A stretch of 64,000 nucleotides of DNA from Mytilus californianus (lineage: Eukaryota). The notes under the pieces are model-generated. The model had not been told where the DNA came from. It searched no databases and saw only the letters and a list, made by a program, of their open reading frames with translations. Shown here in pieces: positions 23,062-35,066 of the stretch. Where the stretch lies: contig NW_026262671.1 in assembly GCF_021869535.1 (NCBI RefSeq), positions 6,200,001 to 6,264,000 of the forward strand. The letters are read 5' to 3'. Within the stretch, counting starts at the first letter, position 1, and every line of letters starts with the position of its first letter. The position numbers were made by a program, and so were the translations under genes.

Positions 23062-26000
23062 ATGGATTAAAACAGTAACAATTGAGAAAATTGGCTCCAA
23101 AAATTAAAGAACGATGGCTTAATGATTGAAACATTACAAAAATGAAGATCCCCCCCCCCCCAAAAAAAAGCAGACCCTCTCAAATTGCAGATTTCATAAC
23201 AGGTGGGCTAACTTTTATTCTCAGAAATCTGCCATTCTTTTACATGTATATTCATATCATAAAAAATACCGAAAGTATATACTGGTTTATTGTTGGTTTT
23301 TGTGACGCTTGTCGATCTATTGAGGTTAGCAAATCGCATCTGATTTTTACAGTTTGTTCTTTTGTTGTGCTGTTGCGCCACTTCCCCTGGTTAGGGAGAG
23401 GGTTGAGCGCTCACAAACATGTTTAAACCCGCCACATTCTTTATGTGCCTGTCCTAAGTCAGAAGCCTGTAGTACAATGGTTGTCGTTAGTTCGTGTCTG
23501 TCATATTTGATTTCAGCAATCTTATTAAAATTAAATCTCCGCACTCGCTCATATTTTTAAGCTTGGTCGCTGCGTAGCGACCACGCATTTAAAAAAATGA
23601 GCGAGCGCGGAGATTTAATCTAAATTAGATTGTGTTTTTCGTAAATTGTTTTGTTATGTATTATGCCATTAGTTTTCTCGTTTGAATTGTTTCACATTTT
23701 TCATGTCGGGGCCTTTTATAGCCGACTATACGGTATGGTTTTTTCTTATTGCTGAAGGCTGTACAACTGGCGTATAATTGCTTACTAACACTTTATTTGA
23801 ACTCTGATGGATAGTTGTCTCATTGGCAATCATACCACATCTCCTCATTGTTATACTACAGTGCGATTTCTCAAATGAATCGAATAAAATATTTGTGGCT
23901 TAAGCATTATGATCACTTTTGGTGTCCAGTTATTGGCACACGAAAGTGTCCGTCTTACGGGATTTATGACTGAATCAACTCAATACGTTTGATGAGCAGT
24001 TCCAGAGGTGTAATGAACATTTACGTTATAGCTTCCGGTGACAGTTTGTTTGGAAAAAAAACACAACAAAAATTATAGAATAGAATAGAATAGTGTTTTA
24101 TTGCTAATCGCTGCGCCCAATGCAGAGATGAATAATTACATAAAATTTATATGCAATGATTACAATGATTTGATGAATGACAAGAAAAAAAGAAATAAAA
24201 CAGAAGAAAAAAAGAAATAAAACAGAAGAAAAAAAGAAATAAAACAGAAGAAAAAATCAAAATCAAACCATTCAATCAAAAGCAACTGGTACATTATTGA
24301 ATATATTAAGTACAGTAGTAACCCAGTTCCATAGTACCGACAAGCTGGACCAAACCTATGCACCCGCCACTTCTAATAATAATTGTAACGAAGGATTACT
24401 ATAACTTGGCATCAAAAAACGATTAACTGACTATAATCCTTGTAGGCATTCCTGCCTTTTTTGTAAATAGTAAGACAAGATATTCATTTGAAAGTCTAAT
24501 AATCTTGGGATAGAATAAAATTAACGAAGGCAAATTAAGGGAAGTGAATTAAGGGATCTTTCGGTGTTTCCCAAATCATACTATTACTGCGATGTATTGA
24601 TCGTAGTTCTAATTTAAAAAAAGTCCTTTCCTATTTCAATTTCATTATTTTCTGAAGAAAAGTTAAAATGTTGACCAAACATAAAATGTTAACCAAACGG
24701 AAAAGTTAAATGTTATTTCAGAGTCTTTTAATGTAGAACAATAAATATTTTTACACTTAATAGACTTCGTACTTTTGGTGTTTCGATGGAATTATCTGTT
24801 AAGATGTTTGACCCGGTTAAATAAATAAGGATTAAAACTCGTTTGTATCCTCTGTTCAAGCTGACCGTGTACAATTCTATGTTTAATGAACCTTATACAT
24901 CCTAACCTCGCATTTAAAGAAAGCAGATTTTTTTTTAAATATTGTAAAAAAAAATTATTTTTGAAATTTATCATCCGTAAATAAATAGCCTGTCTTTAAG
25001 TTAGTGAAACGTATTCGGATCCAGAAGGTTAATTTTTGGAAGGTTTGAGTAATATGACTCTTTTATGATTCATAAATTAGCATCCGATCTCATTTTACAG
25101 AAAGAGGTAGGGCCATTTTCCTGTGATATTATTTCACAAAAAAAACAAGGAAAAGGTATTCCGATTTTTATAAAAAGTTCCCAGTATGACAGCGTCAAGT
25201 GTGTAGATTGAGGATATAACCAATAATAGCGATTTAAGAAGTTACTTTTTAAATGCCTAGAAATTGCTCAAATTTTAACAAAAACTTGTTAAATTGCCAA
25301 TATTGTACGAAAACTGTCATACAAAAAAAGTGTTTTTCGATAGTAAAGATATATGTAAAACTATTGTAAAATTAGAAGAAGTGGTATGATTGCCAATGAG
25401 AAAACTCTAGACAAGAGACCAAAATGACGTAGAATTTAACAATTATAGGTAATCGTACGTCCTTCAACAATGAGCAAAACCCATACCCATATTAAGCTAT
25501 ATAAGGCCCGAAACGACAAATGTAAAACAATTCAAACGAGAAAACTAACGGCCAGTGTTATGTACAAAACAATAAACGAAAAAAAAATATGATATACAGC
25601 AACACACGACAACCACTGATATGAAAAAAACCTCCTGACTTGGAACAGGCATTACTGCATGTGGCGGGCTTAAGCATATCGAAACAAAATTTGTATATCA
25701 AAATCATTCAACAAAATAATTTAATGCCTGAATGAAGCGTTTGGTTTCTTAATAAGTTTATTCTTATTTTTAAACTGATTGTGACCCTACTGCAAAAAGA
25801 CTTCGAAAAAATTATAAAATTTAAACCTGTATCATAAGTACGGATTTTACACCTATTAGCCTTGTCTGCACGGATTATGGCGAATCTAAAATAATCTTAT
25901 TACAGCTCTCTTGATTGTTTGATCTTCCGAACAGTGCGGATTTTAACACTTTCAAATTTGGATTATCTATATAAAAGGTATCGTACATTTTTGTTTTGAG

Positions 26001-26900
26001 CATTGAGCACTAGATAGTTTGTATCACAAATATCAGTGGCGGATTCAGTCACGGGGGTGGGGCCGGGGAATGTGGGTAATAGAGGTCGTATGTCTCCGTT
26101 TATTTGGAAAATATGAAATTTAGCATAAAATAGGAAAATTTTTCACTACGGACGGTCGGCACTAATTCTTTTGTTTTAACCCCCTTTCAAGAATCATGTA
26201 TCCGCCCCTGTATATACCTACACATATGAGGTAATGTTAAAAAAAGTCAATATTGGAGTGAATTGTTGTGCTGTTCATTTTTATTAAACGTAGATTCGGT
26301 CATTAAAATCAAATTATCATACATGTACAACACCTCTCCTCTAAAAAAAATCACCTTTTTCTTGTTTTCAAACTCGTCACAGTTTACATCTTCAGAAAAA
26401 TCAAGACAAATTATTTTAAATTTTAACCAAGCATTTTTTTGTGGTCGTGTAACTATTTCTCTTTTGTATACAATTATTCTTTTCATTTTGTTGGATAGAA
26501 AAATAAACATTTTTCATCCTTTCTTGCGCAAGGATATTTTTTTCATTTCTTACCAGCCAGGCTGGAATATTTATTTCTCAAATCATCCAGCACACGCCCC
26601 CTCCCCCCCCCCCCCCCAAAAAAAAACCCCAAATGGTCGTCCCCTCAACAGGGACAGTGGTATTATAGTACAACAATATAGTGGTAGAAGAAACTGTCAA
26701 GGGTTAATAGGTTATCTAGTGTAAAAGTTCAATATATGTACAATATAATAACAATTAATGTTAAATTCAGTGCACAAACAATGAAAATCTGTACGCTAAT
26801 TTTGCTTATTAATAACTGCATATTCATAAGTATATAGATTTACCCTGAATTATCTGTTTTGTTACAGTATTGTGTTCCTGTATGAAAAGTTATAAAAACG

Positions 26901-29900
26901 ATGGAATTACCGAAAGAAGCACGTGATGGTAGGTTGCAGTTGCCATGGTATTTATTTGCTCATGAAATTTCAAGTTCGTGTTTCTTTTTCGCTCAACAAC
27001 AACACTGACATGATTGTATATTAAAAAAATAACAAATGAAGCAAAAACAATTGATGTTGAGATAAAAACAAAATTAAAAACAAAAAAACAAAATCAAATA
27101 AATCATATTGTTCGCCAGGAGCGCAATTAAAATGGAATACTGTATACGTAGAAGGTATTCAATCAGGAGTCCGTAAAAAAAGCCCTGCAGAAATAAATTG
27201 CAGGAGGAGATCCTTATGCGTATAAAATGTCATAAACTTGATGAATGAAATCATACCTTTATATACAGAAAAGCAGATCCGATTTTTTTTATTCAAAATG
27301 GAGAGGGATGTTACTTTCAACAATACATCCAACAACGTAATATTTGAAGCAATTTTCCCGAGGCAAACTCAGTTTAGAGCGCGACATGTAAATATTTGCC
27401 TGAAATCTGACGGTTCAAGTTTCATATCATCAGAAATCTCTTCAAATCGAAAAGTATCTTCGTTTTTAAAAATCTTGAAATATTGTAAAGTTTAAAGTTA
27501 ATTGATCTTAGCATACTCCAGTTATTTTGATGCGGATGGCAGAACGTTGATAGTATTTTTTTTATTGTTAAATGCATTCACAACTGTATTAGAGCTTTAC
27601 ATATAATAGAGATCTATCTCTTGTTGGATGCAGTATGTAGTTTATATGTTGTTAGGTTTCTGTTGTTTGGTTGTTGTCTCATTTACGATCAACTCCTTCA
27701 AATTGGAAAAATGACCAAAGTTAACAACACATATCTTCTAGCTTTTGGCTAGTTTCTAAAGCTTGATCATAGATAAATCTTTTTTTTTAAAGCTTGGCTA
27801 TGCTTTGCAGTTGAGGTCGTCTTATGTTTTCGCTCTTTTATAACCAACAGCAACGCCCTGGGTGGATTTTTGTGTTGCATGATGCACGAAAACGAAGAAA
27901 GGCTGCAATAGCATTGTTTCTAATCTGATAACAGTACTATCTTTCCGCCTTTCATTCCGGATGACTTCAAGATACAACCTGATGGCCTATTGGATTAGTT
28001 TTTAAGTCAGTAAAGTCCTAAATATGCATGAAATATTTGCCACTGCATGGGCGTTAATCAAACACTAACCAATTAAAGAATCATTTTAGAGAAACACGTA
28101 TTCAATAGTATATAAAATGATGCTGCTAAATGTGCCGTTTCAGAATCTAGCGAATCGGGGTATTTGCATTATTTGTCACGTGACACCATACTGAAAATGA
28201 CGTTTTTTTTCAATGGATATTTTTTCTTTGAGGACAATGTTAACGAATCAAAGTTATTTGGTGTACCCTTTAAAAACACTCGATATGCATAAGATTCTGA
28301 AAAGGTGACTTATGACCTTACCTGCATTGCTTTTTTCTCATACAATGTAATTTCGACGTTCTGATTTTTAAAGCTATAAAGAAGACATATCGTGCTATGG
28401 ATGAGAATGGAGATGGCCGTGTTTCAGTAGCTGAGGTCAGGAGAGCTTCTAAACGAATAGGAATAGAGTTCAGCATGGATCAGATAAAACAGATGATGGG
28501 AGAGCTGGATGATAACGGTACAGTATAACTCGAATGTTGATGTGCCCTCTATCTGTCAGTGTTCTCTCGAGCGATCGATAGTGAGTCGGAATATAACGAG
28601 CGGATTAGTCGGGTTTTGTGCATGTAGTACATAATTGAAATATCAAATGTTTTCCTCGATTGTAACATTACCGAATTAGACTTACAAAATCTATCATTGA
28701 ATGTGTACTTACCATGAGCAATACGTATTGACATGTGATACACGTGGGAGATTAGCCTTCCCTACCGACTGAGGCACCTGAGACTACCCCAATTAAATAA
28801 AAATTGGGGGGGGGGGTTTCGTGTTGCTCATATATATATAAGATTTCAATGAAGTGTTTTTCACACTGTTGTTTGTCTTTTAGTAGTTTTTTCCAATGGT
28901 TTTGTCGCCAAATCATCAGTCAAAGTGTAGTATACGGAGTTATCTGTTGCTGTTTCTGACATTGAAACATTATATCCAAGAAAAATGTAGTATGAAGAAG
29001 AAAATTAAAAAGCATTCGAAATTATCTTTCAATGGTTGTTTTTTGTTGCTGTATATAATATTTGTCTTTGGTTTGTTATATTGTACATACATCAGGCAGT
29101 TAGTTTTCTCGTTTGAATCATGCCAAGAAATCCTCGCTCAAAACTCCGGTAGACCTCCTACGGCATCCATTAGTAGTTAAAGATTTGATTTCATTCAACA
29201 AATTAATTTATGACCTGCATGTACGTGTCGCTTAGAACACAGCCATATACCAAATGGTTAATATTAATCATCCGTGTAATTTACTCTATGGGATATTTGC
29301 AAAATTTCAACGGAGGCAATTTCTTGGCATGGGAGAAAGGAAGAAAAACATTCACAACTTGTCTAACATTTTTTGTTTTCTCTTTTAATTAAATAAACCA
29401 AAAATTAAACCTTTCAAACGTACAGTTCATAAGATCAGAGACATATATGTCTCTGATAAGATAAAAATATTCCCCGTGGAACAACCTACCCCCTTTTTTT
29501 TCGGGCCTTCAATTTCAAATCTCGAATTAAGCTTTCCAATCTAATTAAAGTTAAAACCTTGCTTTCTAACCGATCTATTCATGTACAGGACCGGCAACTC
29601 TCTTTATTTAAAAAGAAAATATACAGTGCCGTTATACACATGCATGTTGTCTGCTTGAAATCCCCGCCCGAAAAGAAAGAAATAGCCTAAACTCCAAGAT
29701 AATATATTCCTGCATCACGTGATTTTTACCACATGGAGCTTACATTAGAATAAATACCGAATATGGAAAGTGAAACTACAATTCAAAACTAAAAGTCCTG
29801 AGGCACATAGAAGAAAAAGGAGGTTTTTTTTTGGCAAAGGGTGACGGGGTAACCCTCTCTGTGTCCATAAAATCCATGAAATATTTGCCACCGCACCTTG

Positions 29901-32551
29901 TTTGCATGTTCTATGAGTTCTAACCCTGATTTTTCTATCTGTTACATGCCAAGAAATCCTCGCTCAAAACTCCGGTAGACCTCCTACGGCATCCATTAGT
30001 TGTTAAAGATTTGATTTCATTCAACAAATTAATTTATGACCTGCAAGTACGTGTCGCTTAGAACACAGCCATATACCAAATGGTTAATATTAATCATCCG
30101 TGTAATTTGCTCTATGGGATATTTGCAAAATTTCAACGGAGGAAATTTCTTGGCATGTTGTGTTACATTTGTCATTTCGGGGCCTTTTATAGCTTGCTAT
30201 ACAGTATGGTTTTTGTTCATTGTTGGCCGTAGTCACATAAAGTTGTGTTGTTACATTTCAGGTGATGGTTACATAAATTATCCTGAATTTGAAAGGATGA
30301 TTACAGAATTTATTCATGAAGACACAGAAGAAGTTAATGCAGCGCGAAAAATATTCCAATCTATGGATGTGGACGGTGATGGCAAAGTGACAATTCCGGA
30401 AATAGTATCTTCATTAAACGTATCAAAAGCGGAAGCAAAAGAACTTCTGGAAGAGGCGGACACTAATAAGGATGGGAAAATGTCGTTTGAAGGTAAGATT
30501 TCAGTATTGACCAGTAATGCTCCCCTACATAATTTTTGTTTCACTCACAAATTAAAAAGTGCATTTTCATGAACCTCCAAATACAATGTTTAGTTCCTAT
30601 ATATTTCTAGCTAAAAATTCAAATAAGGATGTATCGGTCATTAAGACAAAAAAGCATTCATTGAAAGCTAGACGACTCGATTTTTTAAAATTTAACGCAA
30701 TAGCATTCCCGGTAGTACTTGAACAACCCCTCGGGTTTATGTCACAAATTTTTGGTAAGTTTGTGCTTAAGAACTGAATGCTTCTTTTTATAGTTTCTTG
30801 AGGTGTAAAAGCGGTGACCGAAGTACATTTTGTATGAAGCGCTTACAACATATATACAAAATGCTCCGCTGGGGCGCAGCTTGATACGACCGCAGAGGTC
30901 GAACCCTGAACAGTTGGGGCAAGTATGCACACAACATTCAAGCTTGATACAGCACTGAATTTGGATTGTAATTAAATATTTGACACAGCATAGGTTTCTC
31001 ACACAGAATGAAAGTGGTCTAAGAACTTAAAAATTTTTAATTTACCTATTCAAACCATATCATTATTATTTGCTTTAATATATAAATCAGAAATAACCAA
31101 TTTAAAATGGAAAATTTTAAAGAAAAAAAAGGAAAAAAAATCCCCCCGTATTTTTTGAATCCCCTTATGATTCATCACCCCCAAACTCAATCCCAGCTTT
31201 CCCTTTGTGGTATGGTACCTTGCAGTACAATTTTAGAGAGATCCATACACTTGAACACAAGTTATTGTCTGGAACTAGAAAAATGCTTGTTTTAGGCCCC
31301 TTTTTGGGCCCAAATTCCTAAACGTTTAAGGCAATTACCCCCAAACTCAAACCCAGCTTTCCCTTTGTGATATGGAACCTTGCAGTACAATTTCATAAAG
31401 ATCCATACACTTACACACAAGTTATTGTCCTGAAACTAGAAAAATGCTTGTTTTTTTGCCCTTTTATGGCCCCTAATTACTAAAATTTTGAGGGAATTAC
31501 CCTCAAAATCAATCCCAGCCTTCCCTTGGTGGTATGGTACCTTGCAGTACAATTTCAGAGAGATCCATACATTTGAACACAAGTTATTGTCTGGAAACTA
31601 GAAAAATGCTTATTTTTGGGCAATTACCCCCAAACTCAATTCCAGCTTTCCCTTTGTGATATGGAACCTTGTAGTACAATTTCATAAACTTCCATACACT
31701 TACACACAAGTTATTGTCATGAAACTAGAAAAATGCTTGTTTTTTGCCCCTTTTTGGCCCCTAATCTAAAATTTGGAGGCAATTACCCCCAAAATCAATC
31801 CCAGCATTCCCTTTGTAATATGGAACCTTATGATACAATGTCAGAGAGATTCATACACTTACACACAAGTTATTGTCATGAAACTACAAAAATGCTTGTT
31901 TTTTGTCCCTTTTTGGCACTAATTCCTTAACTGTTGGTACCATAACCCCCAAAATCAATCCCCACCTTTCTTTTGTTGTATAGAACCTTATGGTAAAATT
32001 TCATTGAGATCCATTTACTTAAACTAAAGTTAGAGTGCGAAAACTAATGTGTCGACGACGACGACGCCAACGTCATACCAATATACCGGTACGACCACAA
32101 AATTTTTTTTGCGGTCGTATAAAAATGTGCGAGTTTGATTATTTTTGATGACTGTAATAATGTTTTTGTTGTTATGATTCGAACCCGCATCCACGTTTTT
32201 CCTTTTTCAAGAAATGTACCTAGATTTTCTTTTTATAACTTGAGGGATAATGGTGCAAAATCTTAATTCTTTGCCAAACACATCTAAGCAGACAAAAAGA
32301 AGACAATTGTCTAACAAAATTGCAAAGAAATTGCAAAGAGATATTCGTGTGACCGACGCTCGTCTTGGTGGTACTAAACAGAGTCTGTTAGAGGCGGCAA
32401 GAGTCTGATAGAGGTACTGACGATTTGGCTGGTACTTTATTAGTTTTTAATTTGGTGTCATCTGCCTTATTTCCACGTCTGTCAATATCACAAATACATC
32501 ATGTTTTCTTTTTCAGAATTTTTGAATGTTTACAGAGGACATACCGGATAG
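26901..32551 (+). CDS. Calmodulin-like 4-EF-hand Ca2+-binding protein, paralog 2 (145 aa, 4 coding exons)
   Basis: Exons 26901-26928, 28374-28517, 30262-30492, 32517-32551; GT-AG, phase 1; the last three exons have the same sizes as in paralog 1 (144/231/35). Translation MELPKEARDAIKKTYRAMDENGDGRVSVAEVRRASKRIGIEFSMDQIKQMMGELDDNGDGYINYPEFERMITEFIHEDTEEVNAARKIFQSMDVDGDGKVTIPEIVSSLNVSKAEAKELLEEADTNKDGKMSFEEFLNVYRGHTG*. About 58% identical to paralog 1 by hand count (84/145). AATAAA at 32978 and 33022. Confidence 0.93.
29119..30157. mobile_element. Composite insertion bounded by two 213-bp direct repeats, each with inverted termini
   Basis: 29119-29331 and 29945-30157 differ at 4 of 213 positions. 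Each starts CATGCCAAGAAAT and ends ATTTCTTGGCATG. The unit splits a copy of the common interspersed repeat (GTTTGAAT|TTGTGTTACATTTGTC). Confidence 0.75.
30850..32125 (+). mobile_element. HINE-like element with ~6 x 160-bp core repeats
   Basis: subTIR ATACGACCGCA (30884) / TGCGGTCGTAT (32110); (GAC)n microsatellite; terminal hairpin plus A-run. Lies in the last intron of paralog 2. Confidence 0.72.
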
Positions 32552-34839
32552 TGATATATGTTCATATCTTGTGTGCATTCGATAGACTGTATGAGAGCGT
32601 AAACGTGTATGCTGTTGTATGAACGAATTCCTTAACTTCTCACTTCATTTAATATTACATATATGTCATCTGACTACTGAGTAATTCAAATAGAAAGACT
32701 ATGCAAGAAATTCTAAAGGGTCAATATTCTGAACAAAACTTCTCGCCAGAATGTATAAATTAACTTTCAATTTCAAGCCCATTTGGCCTGGACCATGTCC
32801 AATCGGGTGAACTTTTATTTGAGATTATAGCATAATATTTAGTAGTCTTAGATTTTATCAAGTAATAATAGACCATCATGTTATATGATCATCTAACTTT
32901 TGTGAATGTTTCCTGCATATTTAAATCATCATTGTATTGTGTATGGTTGCATGCCCAATTTTGGGTCATTAATTAGAAATAAATGATCTTGCTTTGTCTG
33001 TACCATTTAATATATGTACAAAATAAAGTTTTCAATAATTTTGTTTCGGTCTTTATTTTTTTAAAAAGGTTTACATACTTGGTTTCCAATTTTTGGCTTA
33101 ACAATCATTATATATTGTGGACATAAGCACATTGTGCAGGTAAATAATGTTAGAGTGTAAGGATTATATAAGAAGGCAAGAGGAGCAAATCCATCCCTTT
33201 CCCAAGTCAGATTTGTCCCCAAGTTGCTGTAAAAATATCGCAAAAATTGGTTATAAAACACATTTGTTGGTCATCTTTTGGAGAGCTGTCTCATTAGCAT
33301 TCATACCACATCTCCTTATGTTTATACATTATCTAAACAAACAATCTTATAAAATAGTACTATTATAATTCGTATAGTAGGAAAACTGTATCGACTTTTT
33401 TGCAGCACAGCATTTCTTGAACCTCCTAAATACATTTCAGCCATTGGAATAAGGATCAATTATCTCACATTGTGACAATAGGAAAAAAGTCTTGACTGTA
33501 TTTAAATTTTTTGATAAAAGATCCCAGGGTATCTAAACAGTCATATTATCCTATGTTTTTACAATTTCTCTCTATCTATTGTAGTTTCTTCTTTAAACAA
33601 AAAAAAAGCAAATAGTGTCTTTCAATGGCAATAATTCCAATAAGGGATTAATGTTGATTTCGGCTTTGTTGACTTATTTGAAGATCTTATCTTACTGATC
33701 AATTTTACTATATATTCTCTCTAACTGCTATAGTTTTTGCATTAAATGCAAAAAGAAGGGAAAATATCAGCCTTCAAGGGTAGTAACTCTTATAAAGGGC
33801 CAATTACCGATTTTGGTCATGTGATCTATTTGTAGATCTCATTTAGCTGAATATTTTTTACCATACTATAGATATCTGTATATGTACTAAAGTATGACAA
33901 AAAAGGGTAAAAACCATCTTCAAGGGCAACAACTCCTGTAAGGGGTCAGTAAAAAGTTTCAGCAATGTAAACTTTTTTGTTGATCCTAATAATCTTGTCA
34001 TTTATACTAGACATTTCAGCGGCAATTGTTTGTTCGGTTTTTTTTTTCCTTGACCTGCTGATTATTTTTACCCTTGTGACTTTTGCCTGAACTGCTGTAG
34101 TTTTTGAGATATAAGCCTCAAATTTCAGTTTTACTCTTATGTTCTATTTTAGCAACAACTATCAAATCCCTGGATACATTTTTCAACAATATTCCCTAAT
34201 TAAGGAACATTTCGGTAAAGTTTGGTAATATTTGGCCTTGTAAATACAGAGGAAAAGAACAGCAGGATAACAACATCTGACATCAAGTTATGGCAATAGC
34301 TGATCTGGCTATTGAGATATCCTTTCAATATCTGACTGGATGTTCAGATATTCTTTCAAAATATTCAAGGAAGTAAATAATCACAATATGAATTTGTTGG
34401 TACACATGCATCCAATGGAAGGTTTAATATTTGGATATTATTTTCAAATGAAAAAATTCAAACTTGTTCTTTATTTTGTGGTAATAAGCATTGTGTATAT
34501 GTTTCATAAAATTTGGTTGAGGCAAACTAAAGTTAGAGAACGGACACTAAAAATTTAGAATTTTTTCCATTTATGAAGGGGCATAACTCTAGAACGGTTA
34601 GAGTGACGCTACCAAAATTCAATCTTGATATTTTGTGGTAATAAGCATTGTGTATAAGTTTCATAACATAATGGACAGAAATGCTGCATATGAATAATGC
34701 TATCAAAATGCAAGTTTTTATTGTTTAGAAACCTATTCCATCCAAACTTTTGCAATAATAACAAATTTCTTAATTTCCAGTCTGACAGAACCTCCTCAAT
34801 ATTTACAAGCCTCAATACAATGATTAGGCATTTATATAT

Positions 34840-34958
34840 GAGGGTTTGGATGGGGGTTTACAGAATAGAGAAATAATGGGTAAAAAGTATTAAGGATAGA
34901 GAAAAATGGACTAAAAAATTCAAGAATACAGAAATGAAGGACCCCCATCCAGACCCTC
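34840..34958. mobile_element. Short MITE with GAGGG(T)CTGGATGGGG TIR (Sola2-like termini); relatives at ~11484-12189, 13923-14127, 16337-16562, 22798-23179
   Basis: GAGGGTTTGGATGGGG...CCCCATCCAGACCCTC flanked by ATAT on both sides; internal AGAATAGAGAATAA repeats shared by all five copies. Confidence 0.65.
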
Positions 34959-35066
34959 ATATATCAACATCTGTAAAATGCCACATAACATGCCATTTAA
35001 AAAACTTCAAATTTAACACTTTAATAATAAATTAACAATATAATAATGAACAAATATCCTTTTGCG

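Noticed and set aside
26263-26724. 153-aa ORF
   Set aside because: Low-complexity F/I/L-rich translation of AT-rich and MITE-derived DNA with a poly-C run.
29121-30155. TRIM/LTR retroelement reading of the 213-bp repeats (TG...CA, followed by TGG)
   Set aside because: No polypurine tract in either orientation, no convincing tRNA-complementary PBS and no TSD; kept as an unclassified element instead.
30036-30572. 178-aa ORF taken as a single-exon EF-hand gene
   Set aside because: Only 30262-30492 is exon; the N-terminal part is the 213-bp repeat plus an interspersed repeat, and the C-terminal part is intron.
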